Part shown: piece by piece, positions 18,555 to 28,417 of the stretch
Numbering within the stretch: the stretch's first letter is position 1
Layout of the letters: the number at the start of each line of letters is the position of its first letter
IMG/VR virus record: IMGVR_UViG_3300048858_000142
Span: 1-37,594 of that record
Reading direction: 5' to 3' (one strand)
From: a virus
Taxonomy: Duplodnaviria > Caudoviricetes
DNA length: 37,594 nt
Translations under genes and position numbers: made by a program
The notes under the pieces: model-generated
Database searches by the model: none
Told to the model about the DNA's origin: nothing
Seen by the model: only the letters and a program-made list of their open reading frames with translations

Positions 18555-18682
18555 GCGAACTCTACTTCGACCTCGGCGCCTGGTGGGGCGACATCGAGCA
18601 CGTCATGAGCCTCACCGTCCCGGAAATGCTGCTTTACCTGGAGCAGGCCCACCGGATCCAGAAGGCGCGGTCGCAGGGCTAG
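18524..18682 (+). CDS. -1 frameshift extension of tail assembly chaperone (P2 gpE'-like)
   Basis: TTTTTTG at 18524-18530; -1 frame reads FFGGADIREIGELYFDLGAWWG...MSLTVPEMLLYLEQA.RI to TAG 18682. Confidence 0.75.
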   Translation, partial: FFGGADIREIGELYFDLGAWWGDIEHVMSLTVPEMLLYLEQAHRIQKARSQG

Positions 18683-18736
18683 TGCGCCCCTGCGATGCCG
18701 CTGTCGCGAGCGAGAATATCCGGGCGGAGGTGACCG

Positions 18737-20323
18737 ATGGCCGTTGACGAGCAGTTCCGAGCCGTCATTTCCGTCGATGACCGGACCGCCGCTCCAATCC
18801 GCCGTATCCAGCAGAACCTCTCGCGGATCGGCGAGAACACTGGCTTGATCGGCCTTGGCCGCGTTGCCACCCGGCTGTCCATGTCCATGGGCGGCTTGGC
18901 CCGCGCCACAGCCTCCGTCGCGGCGCCGCTTGCGGTGGTGGGCGCCCTGGGGGCCGGCGCTGGCCTCGTGGCGCTGGTGCGGGCCACGGTCGACAGCGCC
19001 GGTGCCCTGACCGACCTGTCGGCGCAGCTTGGCTCCAGTGTGGAGAGCCTCCAGTCGCTGCAGTTCGCGGCCGGACAGGCTGGCGTCGGGCCGGAGCAAC
19101 TGACAGGCAGCCTAGAGCGCCTACAGCGCGGCATGCGCGATGCCTCCGTCGGCGGCAACAAGAACCTCCTAGCCCTCTTCCGCCGCATGCGGATCCCGCT
19201 GCGCGATGCCCGGGGGCAACTCCGCGGCGCGGCGGAGGTGATGCCGCAACTGGCGGACGCCTTCGCCAAGACCAGCAACCCGGCCGTCCGCACCGCCATG
19301 GCATTCGCCCTTTTCGGACGGGCCGGCGGACCGCTGATCGCCATGCTGTCGCAGGGCGGTGACGCGCTGAAAGAACAGCAGGAGCGTTGGCGCGAGCTCG
19401 ACGGCAGCATCACGGAAGCCAACAAGGGCGCCCTCGATGAAGTCGGCGATCGGCTCGGCGAAGTGGGTACAGCCCTCGTCGGCGTGCGCAACGCCATCGT
19501 CGTGCGCCTGGCTCCCGCCCTTGGCCCTCTGCTGGAGCGGATGGCGACCTGGATCGCGGCCAACAAGGAACTGATCGCGACGAAGGTCGAGGCCTGGTTC
19601 CTGCGGGTCGTGGGCGCGATCGAGCGGTTCGACCTGGAAGCCGCGATTACGAAGGTCGACGGCTTCCTCACGAAGGTGAATGCCACGGTCGAGGCAATGG
19701 GCGGCTGGGAGCGGGTCATAAAGCTGGTGGGCGTCGCCATAGGCGCTTCGCTCATTGCTCCACTCGTCACTCTGACCGCCTCGGTTGCTGGCCTCTTCAA
19801 ACTCGTGCCACCTGCTTGGCTGCTGACGCTCCTCCGCGTCGCAGCAGCGCCGGGAGCGATCATCGGCGCCATCGGTGCGCTCGGCACGCTCGGGACGCAG
19901 CGCGACCAAACTGGTGAGCGACAGGGCGAGCAACGGGGCAACTGGAGGCAGCGCGGCGATCTTTCGGGCGGCTTCGGTCCTCGCCCTGAAGATCCCGGTG
20001 AAGCCCCCGCGCCCGCGCCGCCGCGCGTGCCGCGCCCCGCGCTTCCTGGCACGCCCTTCAACCCGCTGGCCGACCCCACCACCGGCCGGCCACTCTTCCG
20101 CCTGCAGTCCTTCCGCCCGGACGGGCCGGGCGCGGGCGACGACATGCCCAGCCGCCCTTCCATCTGGGAGCGGCCTTCGGCAACGCCGCAGCGAGGGGAG
20201 GTCGACGTGAACGTGCGCTTCGAGAACGCCCCCGCCGGCATGCGCTCCGAGACTGAGAGCCGCGGCACAGCCATCCGCAGCACGAACCTGAACGTGGGCT
20301 ATGCTATGATGGGCGTGGCCTGA
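18737..20323 (+). CDS. Tail tape measure protein (short, 528 aa)
   Basis: F.AVISV.DR.TAP N-terminus, Ala/Leu-rich helical body, C-terminal V.V.FENAP.GMR...NLNVGY. Confidence 0.88.
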   Translation: MAVDEQFRAVISVDDRTAAPIRRIQQNLSRIGENTGLIGLGRVATRLSMSMGGLARATASVAAPLAVVGALGAGAGLVALVRATVDSAGALTDLSAQLGSSVESLQSLQFAAGQAGVGPEQLTGSLERLQRGMRDASVGGNKNLLALFRRMRIPLRDARGQLRGAAEVMPQLADAFAKTSNPAVRTAMAFALFGRAGGPLIAMLSQGGDALKEQQERWRELDGSITEANKGALDEVGDRLGEVGTALVGVRNAIVVRLAPALGPLLERMATWIAANKELIATKVEAWFLRVVGAIERFDLEAAITKVDGFLTKVNATVEAMGGWERVIKLVGVAIGASLIAPLVTLTASVAGLFKLVPPAWLLTLLRVAAAPGAIIGAIGALGTLGTQRDQTGERQGEQRGNWRQRGDLSGGFGPRPEDPGEAPAPAPPRVPRPALPGTPFNPLADPTTGRPLFRLQSFRPDGPGAGDDMPSRPSIWERPSATPQRGEVDVNVRFENAPAGMRSETESRGTAIRSTNLNVGYAMMGVA

Positions 20324-21609
20324 TGTCCGGCTTCCTCGGTTCCATTCTGCCAGGCCTGCCGACCGGCACGTGGCGAGACGGCCTGCGCCCGGCCTCCTTC
20401 CGCGGCGTGCCCTTTGAGGTGGACACGCACGAGCGGGAGGGCGGTCGGCGTGTAGCCGAGCACGAGTTCCCGCTGCGGGACCAGGGATCGGCTGAGGATC
20501 TTGGCCGGTCGCTCCGGAAATTTGGCTTCGACGCCTTCGTCATCGGCGACGACTACATGGGCGCGCGGGATGCGCTGCTCACCGCCTGCGAGGACACGGC
20601 GGGGCCCGGCACGCTGATCCACCCCACCCTGGGCGAGTTCCAGGTGATCTGCTCCCGGGTGAGCGTTCGCGAGACCAAAAACGACGGCGGGCTCGCGGTC
20701 CTGTCGCTGACCTTTGTCGAGGCCGGCGCATCGCCTTCGCTGGTTCAGCAGACGAGCACGCTCAGCCAGGTGCTCTCGACGGTCCGGCGGGTCATGAAGG
20801 TGGCCCGCTTCGCCTTCGCCATCTATCAGGTCTCCCGGGGCAATCTGGGCGGCTTCCTGGCCCGGGCAGGACTGGGCCTGCTCGCCGACGTCAGCCCGAT
20901 CTTCTCGGGCCGCTTCCTGGGCCTGCCCGGGCTTGATCTGGTGGGGATCGGCATCTCCATCGCCGACATGACCCGCGACGGAGGCACCATCGACGCCGAG
21001 GGCTACGCGGCCCGCGCCACGGCGCCGATCGAGGCTGTGGCGGATGCAGACCTTGCCGAGGTGCTGGCGCCGGAGCCGGGGGAGGCGTTCACCTCCCGGG
21101 CGGACGGCGCGCGCGACCCGCGGGCAGATGCTGGCGCTGCCCTGCTGGCGCTCTGGGCTGCCCCTGCCATCCTGCCCGTTCCCGCCAATGAGGCGCGCGA
21201 GCACGAGGCGGTCCGGCTGGCAACCGACGAACTGCTACGGCAGGCGGCACTCGCCGGTGCTGTTCAGTCCTATGCGCTGGCAGAGTGGCCGCATGCGGAC
21301 GCGGCGGTGCCGGTCAGGGACGCCCTGCTGGTGGCGCTCGACACCGCAGCGGACCGCGCGGCCGACGCCGGCGATGACGACCTCTTCCGCGCGTGGCGGG
21401 CCCTGTCCGTCAGCGTGGTGGATGACTTCCGCGAGCGCATCCAGCAGGCGCCGCGGCTGGTGCCCTACAGCATCGGGCGCGGCCTGCCGGCCCTGGCCCT
21501 GGCACATCGGCTCTACCGTGATGCCAGCCGGGCCGACGAGATGGCGGCCGTGACCGGTGTGGCCCATCCGGGCTTCCTGCCGGCCGAGGGCACGAGGCTC
21601 GCGCCTTGA
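20323..21609 (+). CDS. DNA circularization protein (Mu gpN-like)
   Basis: WRD.LRPASFRGVPF, GGRR...HEFP.RD....EDLGR, GPGTLIHP..G, LPALALA.RLY.D..RA.E.....HP.F.P. Confidence 0.92.
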   Translation: MSGFLGSILPGLPTGTWRDGLRPASFRGVPFEVDTHEREGGRRVAEHEFPLRDQGSAEDLGRSLRKFGFDAFVIGDDYMGARDALLTACEDTAGPGTLIHPTLGEFQVICSRVSVRETKNDGGLAVLSLTFVEAGASPSLVQQTSTLSQVLSTVRRVMKVARFAFAIYQVSRGNLGGFLARAGLGLLADVSPIFSGRFLGLPGLDLVGIGISIADMTRDGGTIDAEGYAARATAPIEAVADADLAEVLAPEPGEAFTSRADGARDPRADAGAALLALWAAPAILPVPANEAREHEAVRLATDELLRQAALAGAVQSYALAEWPHADAAVPVRDALLVALDTAADRAADAGDDDLFRAWRALSVSVVDDFRERIQQAPRLVPYSIGRGLPALALAHRLYRDASRADEMAAVTGVAHPGFLPAEGTRLAP

Positions 21610-22757
21610 ACGAGGAGGTCGAGCTTCAGATCGCCTCGCGGATCTTCACTGGCTGGAAGGCTCTCCGCATCACGCGCGAGCTGGACCGCATGGCGTCCGA
21701 CTTCGACCTGACCGCTGCCGGACGCTGGCCGGGGCAGGGCGAGCCAATCATGCCCTTCATGCCCGTGGTGCTCCGCTTGGGCGGGACGGTGGTGCTGACG
21801 GGCTATGTGGACGTTGTCGCCCCCGCGATCGAGGCCAAGCGCCACGACGTGCGGATCGCCGGCCGGAGCAAGACGGCCCAGCTCATCGACTGCACCCCGG
21901 AACTGAAGGGCAGCGAGCTACGCGGCGCGACGCTCGACGCGGCGGCCCGGGCACTGGCCGCACCATTCGGCGTTGCGGTGCGCGCCGAGACGGAGATGGG
22001 CGAGCCATTCAAGAGCGAGGCCATGCTGGACCATGGCGAGACGGCATACACGGCCATTGAGCGCCTGGCCCGGCTAAGGAGCGTGCTGGCGACGGATGCG
22101 CCCGACGGCGCGCTCGTCCTGACGCGCACCGGTGAAGCCCGGGCCACGGACAGCCTTGTGGAAGGCGTGAACATCGAGGTCGGCAAGGTGGTGCTGGACG
22201 GCTCCAGGCGGTTCAGTCGCTACATCGTCCAGGCCCAGACGCCGCTGGCGGCATCCATGTCGAGCGATGGCGACGGCGACCTGGACGACGAGGATGAGGA
22301 GGAGCGGCCGAACGCCGGCGTGGCGGTGAGCGTGCTTGGCTCTGCCGACGACGCTGACGTGCCGCTCTACCGCCCCCGGATCATCAAGGGCGAGGCGGCC
22401 ATGACCCCGGCCCAAGCGCGCGAGCGGGCGGTCTGGGCGGCCAACACGGCCCGGGCCAAGGCGCTGCAGGCGAACATCACGGTGAAGGGCTGGCTGCAGA
22501 GCGATGGCAAGGCCTGGCTCGTCAACACGCTCGTCCAGGTCAGCGCCCCGACGCTGCTGATGGAGGGCGAGATGCTGATCGCCGGCGTGACCTACAACAT
22601 GGACGACCGGAGCGGCCGCACGACGGAACTGACGGTGGGCCCGCCGGACGCCTGGACCCCGAAGCCACCCAAGGTGAAGAAGGGTAAGGGCAGCGGCAAA
22701 GGCACCTCTACCGCCGGCGCCGTGGACACCTGGGCTGGCGTGGGGTCGATCCGGTGA
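21606..22757 (+). CDS. Baseplate hub protein (Mu gpP/gp44-like)
   Basis: F.GWK...I.R.L...A.DF.L, V.TGYVD, GRSKT..LIDC, RFS.Y.V..Q. Confidence 0.9.
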   Translation: MNEEVELQIASRIFTGWKALRITRELDRMASDFDLTAAGRWPGQGEPIMPFMPVVLRLGGTVVLTGYVDVVAPAIEAKRHDVRIAGRSKTAQLIDCTPELKGSELRGATLDAAARALAAPFGVAVRAETEMGEPFKSEAMLDHGETAYTAIERLARLRSVLATDAPDGALVLTRTGEARATDSLVEGVNIEVGKVVLDGSRRFSRYIVQAQTPLAASMSSDGDGDLDDEDEEERPNAGVAVSVLGSADDADVPLYRPRIIKGEAAMTPAQARERAVWAANTARAKALQANITVKGWLQSDGKAWLVNTLVQVSAPTLLMEGEMLIAGVTYNMDDRSGRTTELTVGPPDAWTPKPPKVKKGKGSGKGTSTAGAVDTWAGVGSIR

Positions 22758-23260
22758 GCGAACCCACCCGGGGCCGCATCGTCAGCACCCGCACCCGAGG
22801 CGGCCGTGCCCTGGCAACCGTGCTGCTGGCCAATGGCGACACCCGCACCCGCGTCGAACTGCTGATGCCCTACGGCTTGTCTGCCCTGCCTGAGGAGGGC
22901 GCGGACGTGATGGTGCTGGAGGTTGGCGGGAACCGGGATCACCTGGTGGCCATGATGGCCGATGCCACCGGCTTGCGCATTCCCGGCCTGGCGCCGGGCG
23001 AGGTCGGGATCCGCGACAAGCGCGGCCAGCAGGTTGTGCTGCGCGGCGATGGCGTCGAGATCACAGGCGCGCTGAAGGTGACCATCGTCAGCAGCGGGCC
23101 GGTGGAACTGACCGCACCGACGACGACGATCAACGGCGACCTCAATGTGGTGGGAACCATCACCGCGACCGTGGACGTGCTGGGCGCCGGGAAGAGCCTG
23201 AAGACCCACCAGCACGGCGAGAATGGCACCGGTGGCGGCACCACCACTGCGCCGATCTGA
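22754..23260 (+). CDS. Baseplate spike protein (Mu gp45-like)
   Basis: PYGLSALP.EGA.V.....GGNRDH, GL.PGEV...D..G, C-terminal SLKTHQH (HxH metal-binding tip). Confidence 0.9.
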   Translation: MSEPTRGRIVSTRTRGGRALATVLLANGDTRTRVELLMPYGLSALPEEGADVMVLEVGGNRDHLVAMMADATGLRIPGLAPGEVGIRDKRGQQVVLRGDGVEITGALKVTIVSSGPVELTAPTTTINGDLNVVGTITATVDVLGAGKSLKTHQHGENGTGGGTTTAPI

Positions 23261-23272
23261 CGAGGGCAGTTC

Positions 23273-23743
23273 ATGGATCTGGCGGTAATCTGGAGCGCGG
23301 CCGAGGGGCGCGGCGACCTGCTGCTGTCCGGGCCGGACCTTGCCTCCCAAGGGGGCCTCCGCACGGCCGTGGCGATCAGCCTGCTCACCGACCGCACGGC
23401 CGAGGTCACCGACACACCGGGCGAGCCCTGGGACGGCGACCCTCGTGGCTGGTGGGGTGACATGCCCATCGGGCCCGAGGACACGCGCGGGCCGGTGGGA
23501 TCGCGCCTGTGGCTGCTGCGGCGCGCCAAGCGGACCCTGGCCACCCTTCGGCAGGCCGAGGCTTACGCGCGCGAGGCGCTGGATTGGCTGACCGAGGATG
23601 GCATCGCGACCCGCGTCGACGCTGCGGCGGCCTGGCGCGGCGCCCTGAACGACCAGCTCGCCCTGACCGTGACCCTGCACCGGCGGGACGAGCGTACCGG
23701 GGAGGCGTCCACGACCTATGACTTCGTCTGGGAGATGGCCTGA
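23273..23743 (+). CDS. Baseplate protein (Mu gp46-like)
   Basis: LRTAV.ISL.TDR.A, RGWWGD, GSRLWLL.RAK, A..YA.EAL.WL..DG. Confidence 0.92.
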   Translation: MDLAVIWSAAEGRGDLLLSGPDLASQGGLRTAVAISLLTDRTAEVTDTPGEPWDGDPRGWWGDMPIGPEDTRGPVGSRLWLLRRAKRTLATLRQAEAYAREALDWLTEDGIATRVDAAAAWRGALNDQLALTVTLHRRDERTGEASTTYDFVWEMA

Positions 23744-24801
23744 TGCCCTTCGCGCGCCCGACGCTCGAAACCCTGCGGCGCGACACGCGGTCCTTCGTCC
23801 AGGCCAAGCTGCCGGGCACGGAACCGGCCCTGCGGCGCAGCCTCCTCGGCATCCTGGCCGATGCCGAAGCGGGTCTCACCCATCAGCAGATGGGCTACCT
23901 GGACTGGATCGTCCGGCAGGTCATTCCCGACACCGCCGAGGACGAGTTCCTGGATCGATGGGCGCGGCTGGTCGGCCTCACCCGCAAGCCCGCCACCCAA
24001 GCCGCTGGAACGGTCACCTTCACGGGCACGGTCGGCGTGCCGATCGATCTCGGCACCGAGCTCACGCAGCCGGATGGCACCACCTACGCCACCACCAGCG
24101 CCGCCACGATCGGCGGCGGCGGGGTCGCAACGGTGCCCGTTTCGGCGGTCGAAGGCGGAGCCGCGGCGAACCTGGCAGCCGGCGTCACCCTGACGATGGT
24201 CACCGCGGTGCCCGGGCTCTTCAACACGGCCACGGTCGCGGCTCCCGGCCTCACCGGTGGCGGCCCGGCCGAGACCAATGCGGAACTGCAGGCCCGCCTG
24301 CGCCTCCGCCTCTCGTCGCCGCCCCAGGGCGGTGCAGCCTCCGACTACGTGGCCTGGGCGCTCTCCGTCCCCGGCGTCACCCGGGCCTGGGCCTACCCGC
24401 AGCGGCGCGGCGCCGGCACGGTGGACGTGGCCTTCGTTATGGACGGACGCGAGAACATCATCCCCGATCCGGCCGACGTCGCCGCAGTGCAGGCAGTCAT
24501 CGATCTGCGACGGCCGGTGACGGCCGACAGCCTTGTTTTCGCGCCGACGCCGCTGACGGTGAATGTCACCTTCTCCGAGCTTTCGCCGAATTCCGCTGCG
24601 GTTCAGGCGGCCATCACCGAGGAGGTGCTGGCTCAGATTGAGCGCGATGCGGTGCCGGGCGGCACGCTGCGCAAGTCCCGCCTGGTCGAGGCCGCTTCGC
24701 GCGCGGCCGGCGAGGCGTACCACACCATGTCCGTCCCGGCGGGCAACATGACCTTCGCAGCCGGCGTCATCGGTGTTCCCGGTACGGTGACTTTCCCATG
24801 A
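23743..24801 (+). CDS. Baseplate J/gp47 family protein
   Basis: MPF.RPTL, PDTA..E.L.RWA...G..RK.A, PPQGGA..DY..WAL.VPGVTRAW. Confidence 0.94.
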   Translation: MPFARPTLETLRRDTRSFVQAKLPGTEPALRRSLLGILADAEAGLTHQQMGYLDWIVRQVIPDTAEDEFLDRWARLVGLTRKPATQAAGTVTFTGTVGVPIDLGTELTQPDGTTYATTSAATIGGGGVATVPVSAVEGGAAANLAAGVTLTMVTAVPGLFNTATVAAPGLTGGGPAETNAELQARLRLRLSSPPQGGAASDYVAWALSVPGVTRAWAYPQRRGAGTVDVAFVMDGRENIIPDPADVAAVQAVIDLRRPVTADSLVFAPTPLTVNVTFSELSPNSAAVQAAITEEVLAQIERDAVPGGTLRKSRLVEAASRAAGEAYHTMSVPAGNMTFAAGVIGVPGTVTFP

Positions 24802-25400
24802 GCACGCCGGTGCTCGACGCGGACGACTTCGCCCAGGCGCTTGCCGACCTGCTACCGGTCGGTGCCGTCTGGCCACGCGAGCCCGATGCCACCCTCATGC
24901 GGCTGGTGGCGGGTCTCGCTGGCGGCGCCAATGCGGCGCATCAGCGGGCGCAAGACCTGCTGATGCGCGAGAGCGACCCGGCTCAGACTGTGGAGCTGCT
25001 GCCGGACTGGGAGCGCGCCTATGGCCTGCCGGATACATGCGCCCCCGAGGCCCAGGGTCTACAGGAGCGGCAGGCGGCCCTGCAGGCGCGCATCGCTGCC
25101 CTGGGGGGGCAGTCCCGCGCCTATTACATCGCCGTCGCGGCGGCGCTGGGCTTCCAGATTACCATCGACGAGTTTCGGCCATTCCGCGCCGATCGCAGCA
25201 CCGCGGACACGCCTGTGTACGACACGCCCTGGCCATTCACTTGGCGGGTGAACGCGCCGGATCTCACGACGATCTACTTTCGTGCAGATCGCAGCACCTC
25301 TGAAGAGCCGCTGGAGCGCGCGAGCAACCAGATCCTCGAGTGCGTGCTGGAGCGGCTCGCGCCGGCGCACACCACCGTCTTATTCTCCTACGGGGGCTAA
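24798..25400 (+). CDS. Baseplate protein (Mu gp48/YmfQ, DUF2313)
   Basis: LLP.G..W, ELLPDWER.YGLPD.C, GGQSR.YYI..A..LG, LEC.L....PAHT. Confidence 0.92.
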   Translation: MSTPVLDADDFAQALADLLPVGAVWPREPDATLMRLVAGLAGGANAAHQRAQDLLMRESDPAQTVELLPDWERAYGLPDTCAPEAQGLQERQAALQARIAALGGQSRAYYIAVAAALGFQITIDEFRPFRADRSTADTPVYDTPWPFTWRVNAPDLTTIYFRADRSTSEEPLERASNQILECVLERLAPAHTTVLFSYGG

Positions 25401-25403
25401 TCC

Positions 25404-25922
25404 ATGTTCCGTATTGACCACCCGACGGCAGCGGCCTCGCTGCCGACGATCGGCGCCGCCGGCACGCCGGGGTATTTCGACGCCGACACCGTCGTCACGA
25501 AGGACTGGCTCAACGCGGTCCAGAACGAGCTGGCGCATGTAATCGGCACCGCTGGCATCCCGCTCGCAAAGCTGGATCATACTCAGCTGCTGGCGGCCCT
25601 GCGCGCCATGTTCGGCGGCACCGGCCTCCTTGGCGCCAACGGCTACATGCGCCTGCCCGGCGGACTGATCGTGCAGTGGGGAAACAATGGGACAGAGGGG
25701 GGGGGCAACGTCAACTTCGCCTTCCCGCTCACCTTCCCCAACGCGTGCCATATCGTGCTCGCCATGGAGGCCTCTGCGGATGGATGGGGGCCCGGGTCGT
25801 GCCGCGTCTTCGGATGCAATCTCCGGACGCAGGCCGGAACGATCATCAGTTCGGCTGTCGTTACGGCAGGGGCCGTGACATTCGGCAGCGCGGCATTCTT
25901 CTGGATCGCTCTGGGGCACTGA
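25404..25922 (+). CDS. Short tail fibre protein (baseplate anchor + gp53-like C-terminal domain)
   Basis: MFRID..TA, WLN.VQ.EL..VI, QLL.AL; GY.RLPGGLIVQWG, FP..FPNAC, WIALGH end. Confidence 0.85.
   Translation: MFRIDHPTAAASLPTIGAAGTPGYFDADTVVTKDWLNAVQNELAHVIGTAGIPLAKLDHTQLLAALRAMFGGTGLLGANGYMRLPGGLIVQWGNNGTEGGGNVNFAFPLTFPNACHIVLAMEASADGWGPGSCRVFGCNLRTQAGTIISSAVVTAGAVTFGSAAFFWIALGH
25697..25705 (+). repeat. G9 homopolymer within tail fibre gene
   Basis: GAG GGG GGG GGC (E-G-G-G); nine consecutive G. Confidence 0.9.
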
Positions 25923-25924
25923 AT

Positions 25925-26365
25925 ATGACCGACGAACTTGGACGGAAATACGTCGTCGTCGACGGCGAGGGCCGCGCGCTGGCCTTCTATGCCGCCGGCT
26001 TTAATCCGACGATCCCGGCGGATGCCGTCCCGATCTCCGATGAGGTCTGGGCCGAATGGTCACAGGCGAGCCAGCGGAAGGTCTGGCGGGACGGCGATCT
26101 TGTGGACGCGCCAGCGCCAGCTTCTGGGCCTCCGCCCGTGCCAACCTCCATCACTGCCCGGCAGGCCCGCCTTGCTCTGCTCCAGGCCGATCTGCTGGAC
26201 AAGGTCGAGGCTGTAGTTGCTGCAGCTGATCGCTCGGCGCAGATCGAGTGGCAGCACGCCGCGACCATCGAGCGAGGCAGTCCGCTCGTTGCCACCCTTG
26301 CAGCGAAGGTGCCCCTGACGGCGGCGAAGCTGAACGATCTCTTCAAGGCTGGCGCGGCACTCTAG
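25925..26365 (+). CDS. Tail fibre assembly chaperone-like protein
   Basis: FY......IP.DAV.ISDE.W N-terminus; VP.SITARQARLAL....L..V...IEW..A..IER..P......LF..GA.L C-terminus. Confidence 0.75.
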   Translation: MTDELGRKYVVVDGEGRALAFYAAGFNPTIPADAVPISDEVWAEWSQASQRKVWRDGDLVDAPAPASGPPPVPTSITARQARLALLQADLLDKVEAVVAAADRSAQIEWQHAATIERGSPLVATLAAKVPLTAAKLNDLFKAGAAL

Positions 26366-26438
26366 CCGCCCCCCCAATCCGTCCGCCTGACAACCGCGCG
26401 CCTCCGGGCTGCGCGGCGCTTCCGCATGCGAGGTGCTC

Positions 26439-28400
26439 ATGACCGTTGTTTCGGCCGACCTCGGGCTGCTGCCCGACACTGATGTGCTGCGTCCGCGCGT
26501 CTGGATCGGGGACACCCTGGTCGTCCGGGTGCAGTTCCGCGACGAGGCACGCAAGCCGGCCGAGCCGCCCGGGCCGGTGGTGTTCCTCTGGAAGTCGCCC
26601 AGCAACGTGGTGCTGGAACTGCCGGGCGTCGCTGTCGCCGGGAAGGTGGGCGCCTACAACTGCGAGTACCAGGTGCCGACGACCGGGCTCTGGGCTGTGC
26701 GGGCTGACGGCGGCGACGGGCAGCCCCTGGAATGGACCGAGGTCACGGTCGTGCCGGAGCCGCCGGTGGGCTCCATCCCGCAACAGTCCATCTGGCTGAG
26801 CGCGGTGGGCACGGCCGCGGTCTCCACGCGGGGCACCCACCTGGCCGGCGCCACGATCCCGCAGTTCCCCGCGAAGGCCACGCTCGAGGCCACCGACACC
26901 ATCCCAGGCGTCGACGCCGACGGGAACAGCGTGCGGCTGCCCGGCAATGCTGTAATCGACGCCGCCCTCGCCACCGTCGCCCCCGCCGTCGAACAAGTCA
27001 CCCAAACCGCCGCGACCGTCGCCACCCAGGCGGGGGAGGTGGCGGGGGCCACCACCTTCACTGCGCCATATACCGGGGCAGCTCCCCGTGCGCTGAAGGA
27101 CTGGGCTGTGGACGGTGGCCCCAGCATTCGTGACTGGCGGTTGTCTACCGACCCCGTGAACGACTGGGGAAGCACGATCAATCGCGCCATCAGTTCCGTG
27201 GCTGATGTTGGCCGTGACGCGCTTGCTATCCCGGCCGGGATGTTCGTGCTGGATCAACCCCTTGTCGCTCGATCCAACACCACGATCCTGGGGCGGGATC
27301 GCCAGGCGTCCATCCTGCAGAAGTCCGGCGGGTCCAATCCCTTCACGCTGTTGACGCAGAGCGGGTCACTCTCGGGACTGCGACTTTCGAGGCTTAGCTT
27401 TGATGGCAGCAGGGCTGCGCAGAGCGATCAGACCGCTCACCTAGATCTTGTGGAGTTGAATGACGGAAATACGCTGTCCACCAACCTAATCGTGGAGGAT
27501 TGTAGCTTTTCCCGATGGGCCGTGCTCGGACACGCGCTGCACCCAAAGGGGTGGATTGGCGTCCTGATCGCAAGATGCCGCTTTGAAGACGGCGGTGGCC
27601 CCGACCTTTACCACGCGATTTACACAAGGCGGGTCAGTCAGGCTCGGATTGTCGAGAACGAAATCTACAACACTGGGGGACAGGGCATTAAGGTCGTGGA
27701 CAACGCGGTCAACACCGAGTTGTTCGACATCACCGGGAACATCATCGACGGCGCCCAGCGAGGCATCAATGTCAGCGACACTGAGCGGGTCTCTATTATC
27801 GGCAATAACATCCGCAACATTACAGCGGAAGCCATTCGCGTCGGAGTTGAGGAAGAGGCTGCGGCGGGTAGTGAGCATCTGGTGGCCCTGAACCGCATCA
27901 TATCGGTGAATACTGGCGTCTCCTTTAGCCTTTGCTCCCGGAGCCGCATCGTCTCCAATGTGGTCCGAGATGCGAACACGGGCATCATCGTGAATGGCGG
28001 TACGACGACCGACATAAGCGGGAACACGCTCGTAAACACCACGGGTGCGACGGGGACATGGCGGCAGATCACCGTGACGCCCACGCCTTCTGTCGTGAAT
28101 GTCCGCATCTGCGACAACGACATGCGTTCGGCCGCCAATAGCGGCGGGTCGATTACCGGAATTGACGTGCGTGGCTCCGGTCACAGCGGCATCCAAATCT
28201 CAGGCAACTCGTTCGACGGCCCCGGCTACGGCACGAGTGGCCGTGTGGTATCTGCGAGCAACTATACGATCTCGCAAAACAACATCTACCGGGCCAGCGA
28301 TGGCAAGGTGATCGACACAACGCCGCTGCCGACCAGTGCTACCGGCTTGGCATCTGGGACGCTCTGGAACAACGCAGGCGTGGTTAGTGTCGTACCATGA
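26439..28400 (+). CDS. Tailspike/depolymerase: N-terminal Ig-like anchor + right-handed beta-helix
   Basis: DW...INRAI.....L.IPAG.F.LD.PL...SN..I.G pectin-lyase-fold entry; many I..N.I / ISGN rung repeats; C-terminal LPTSATGLASGTLWNNAGVVSV; GAGG before ATG 26439. Confidence 0.8.
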   Translation: MTVVSADLGLLPDTDVLRPRVWIGDTLVVRVQFRDEARKPAEPPGPVVFLWKSPSNVVLELPGVAVAGKVGAYNCEYQVPTTGLWAVRADGGDGQPLEWTEVTVVPEPPVGSIPQQSIWLSAVGTAAVSTRGTHLAGATIPQFPAKATLEATDTIPGVDADGNSVRLPGNAVIDAALATVAPAVEQVTQTAATVATQAGEVAGATTFTAPYTGAAPRALKDWAVDGGPSIRDWRLSTDPVNDWGSTINRAISSVADVGRDALAIPAGMFVLDQPLVARSNTTILGRDRQASILQKSGGSNPFTLLTQSGSLSGLRLSRLSFDGSRAAQSDQTAHLDLVELNDGNTLSTNLIVEDCSFSRWAVLGHALHPKGWIGVLIARCRFEDGGGPDLYHAIYTRRVSQARIVENEIYNTGGQGIKVVDNAVNTELFDITGNIIDGAQRGINVSDTERVSIIGNNIRNITAEAIRVGVEEEAAAGSEHLVALNRIISVNTGVSFSLCSRSRIVSNVVRDANTGIIVNGGTTTDISGNTLVNTTGATGTWRQITVTPTPSVVNVRICDNDMRSAANSGGSITGIDVRGSGHSGIQISGNSFDGPGYGTSGRVVSASNYTISQNNIYRASDGKVIDTTPLPTSATGLASGTLWNNAGVVSVVP

Positions 28401-28417
28401 TCGGGTACGCTGCCCGT

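Noticed and set aside
16426-25922. Tailocin, eCIS or GTA
   Set aside because: Complete head, terminase, cos, replication and immunity modules indicate a phage.
25404-28400. Diversity-generating retroelement or invertible fibre cassette
   Set aside because: No RT, no TR/VR repeat pair and no invertase seen.
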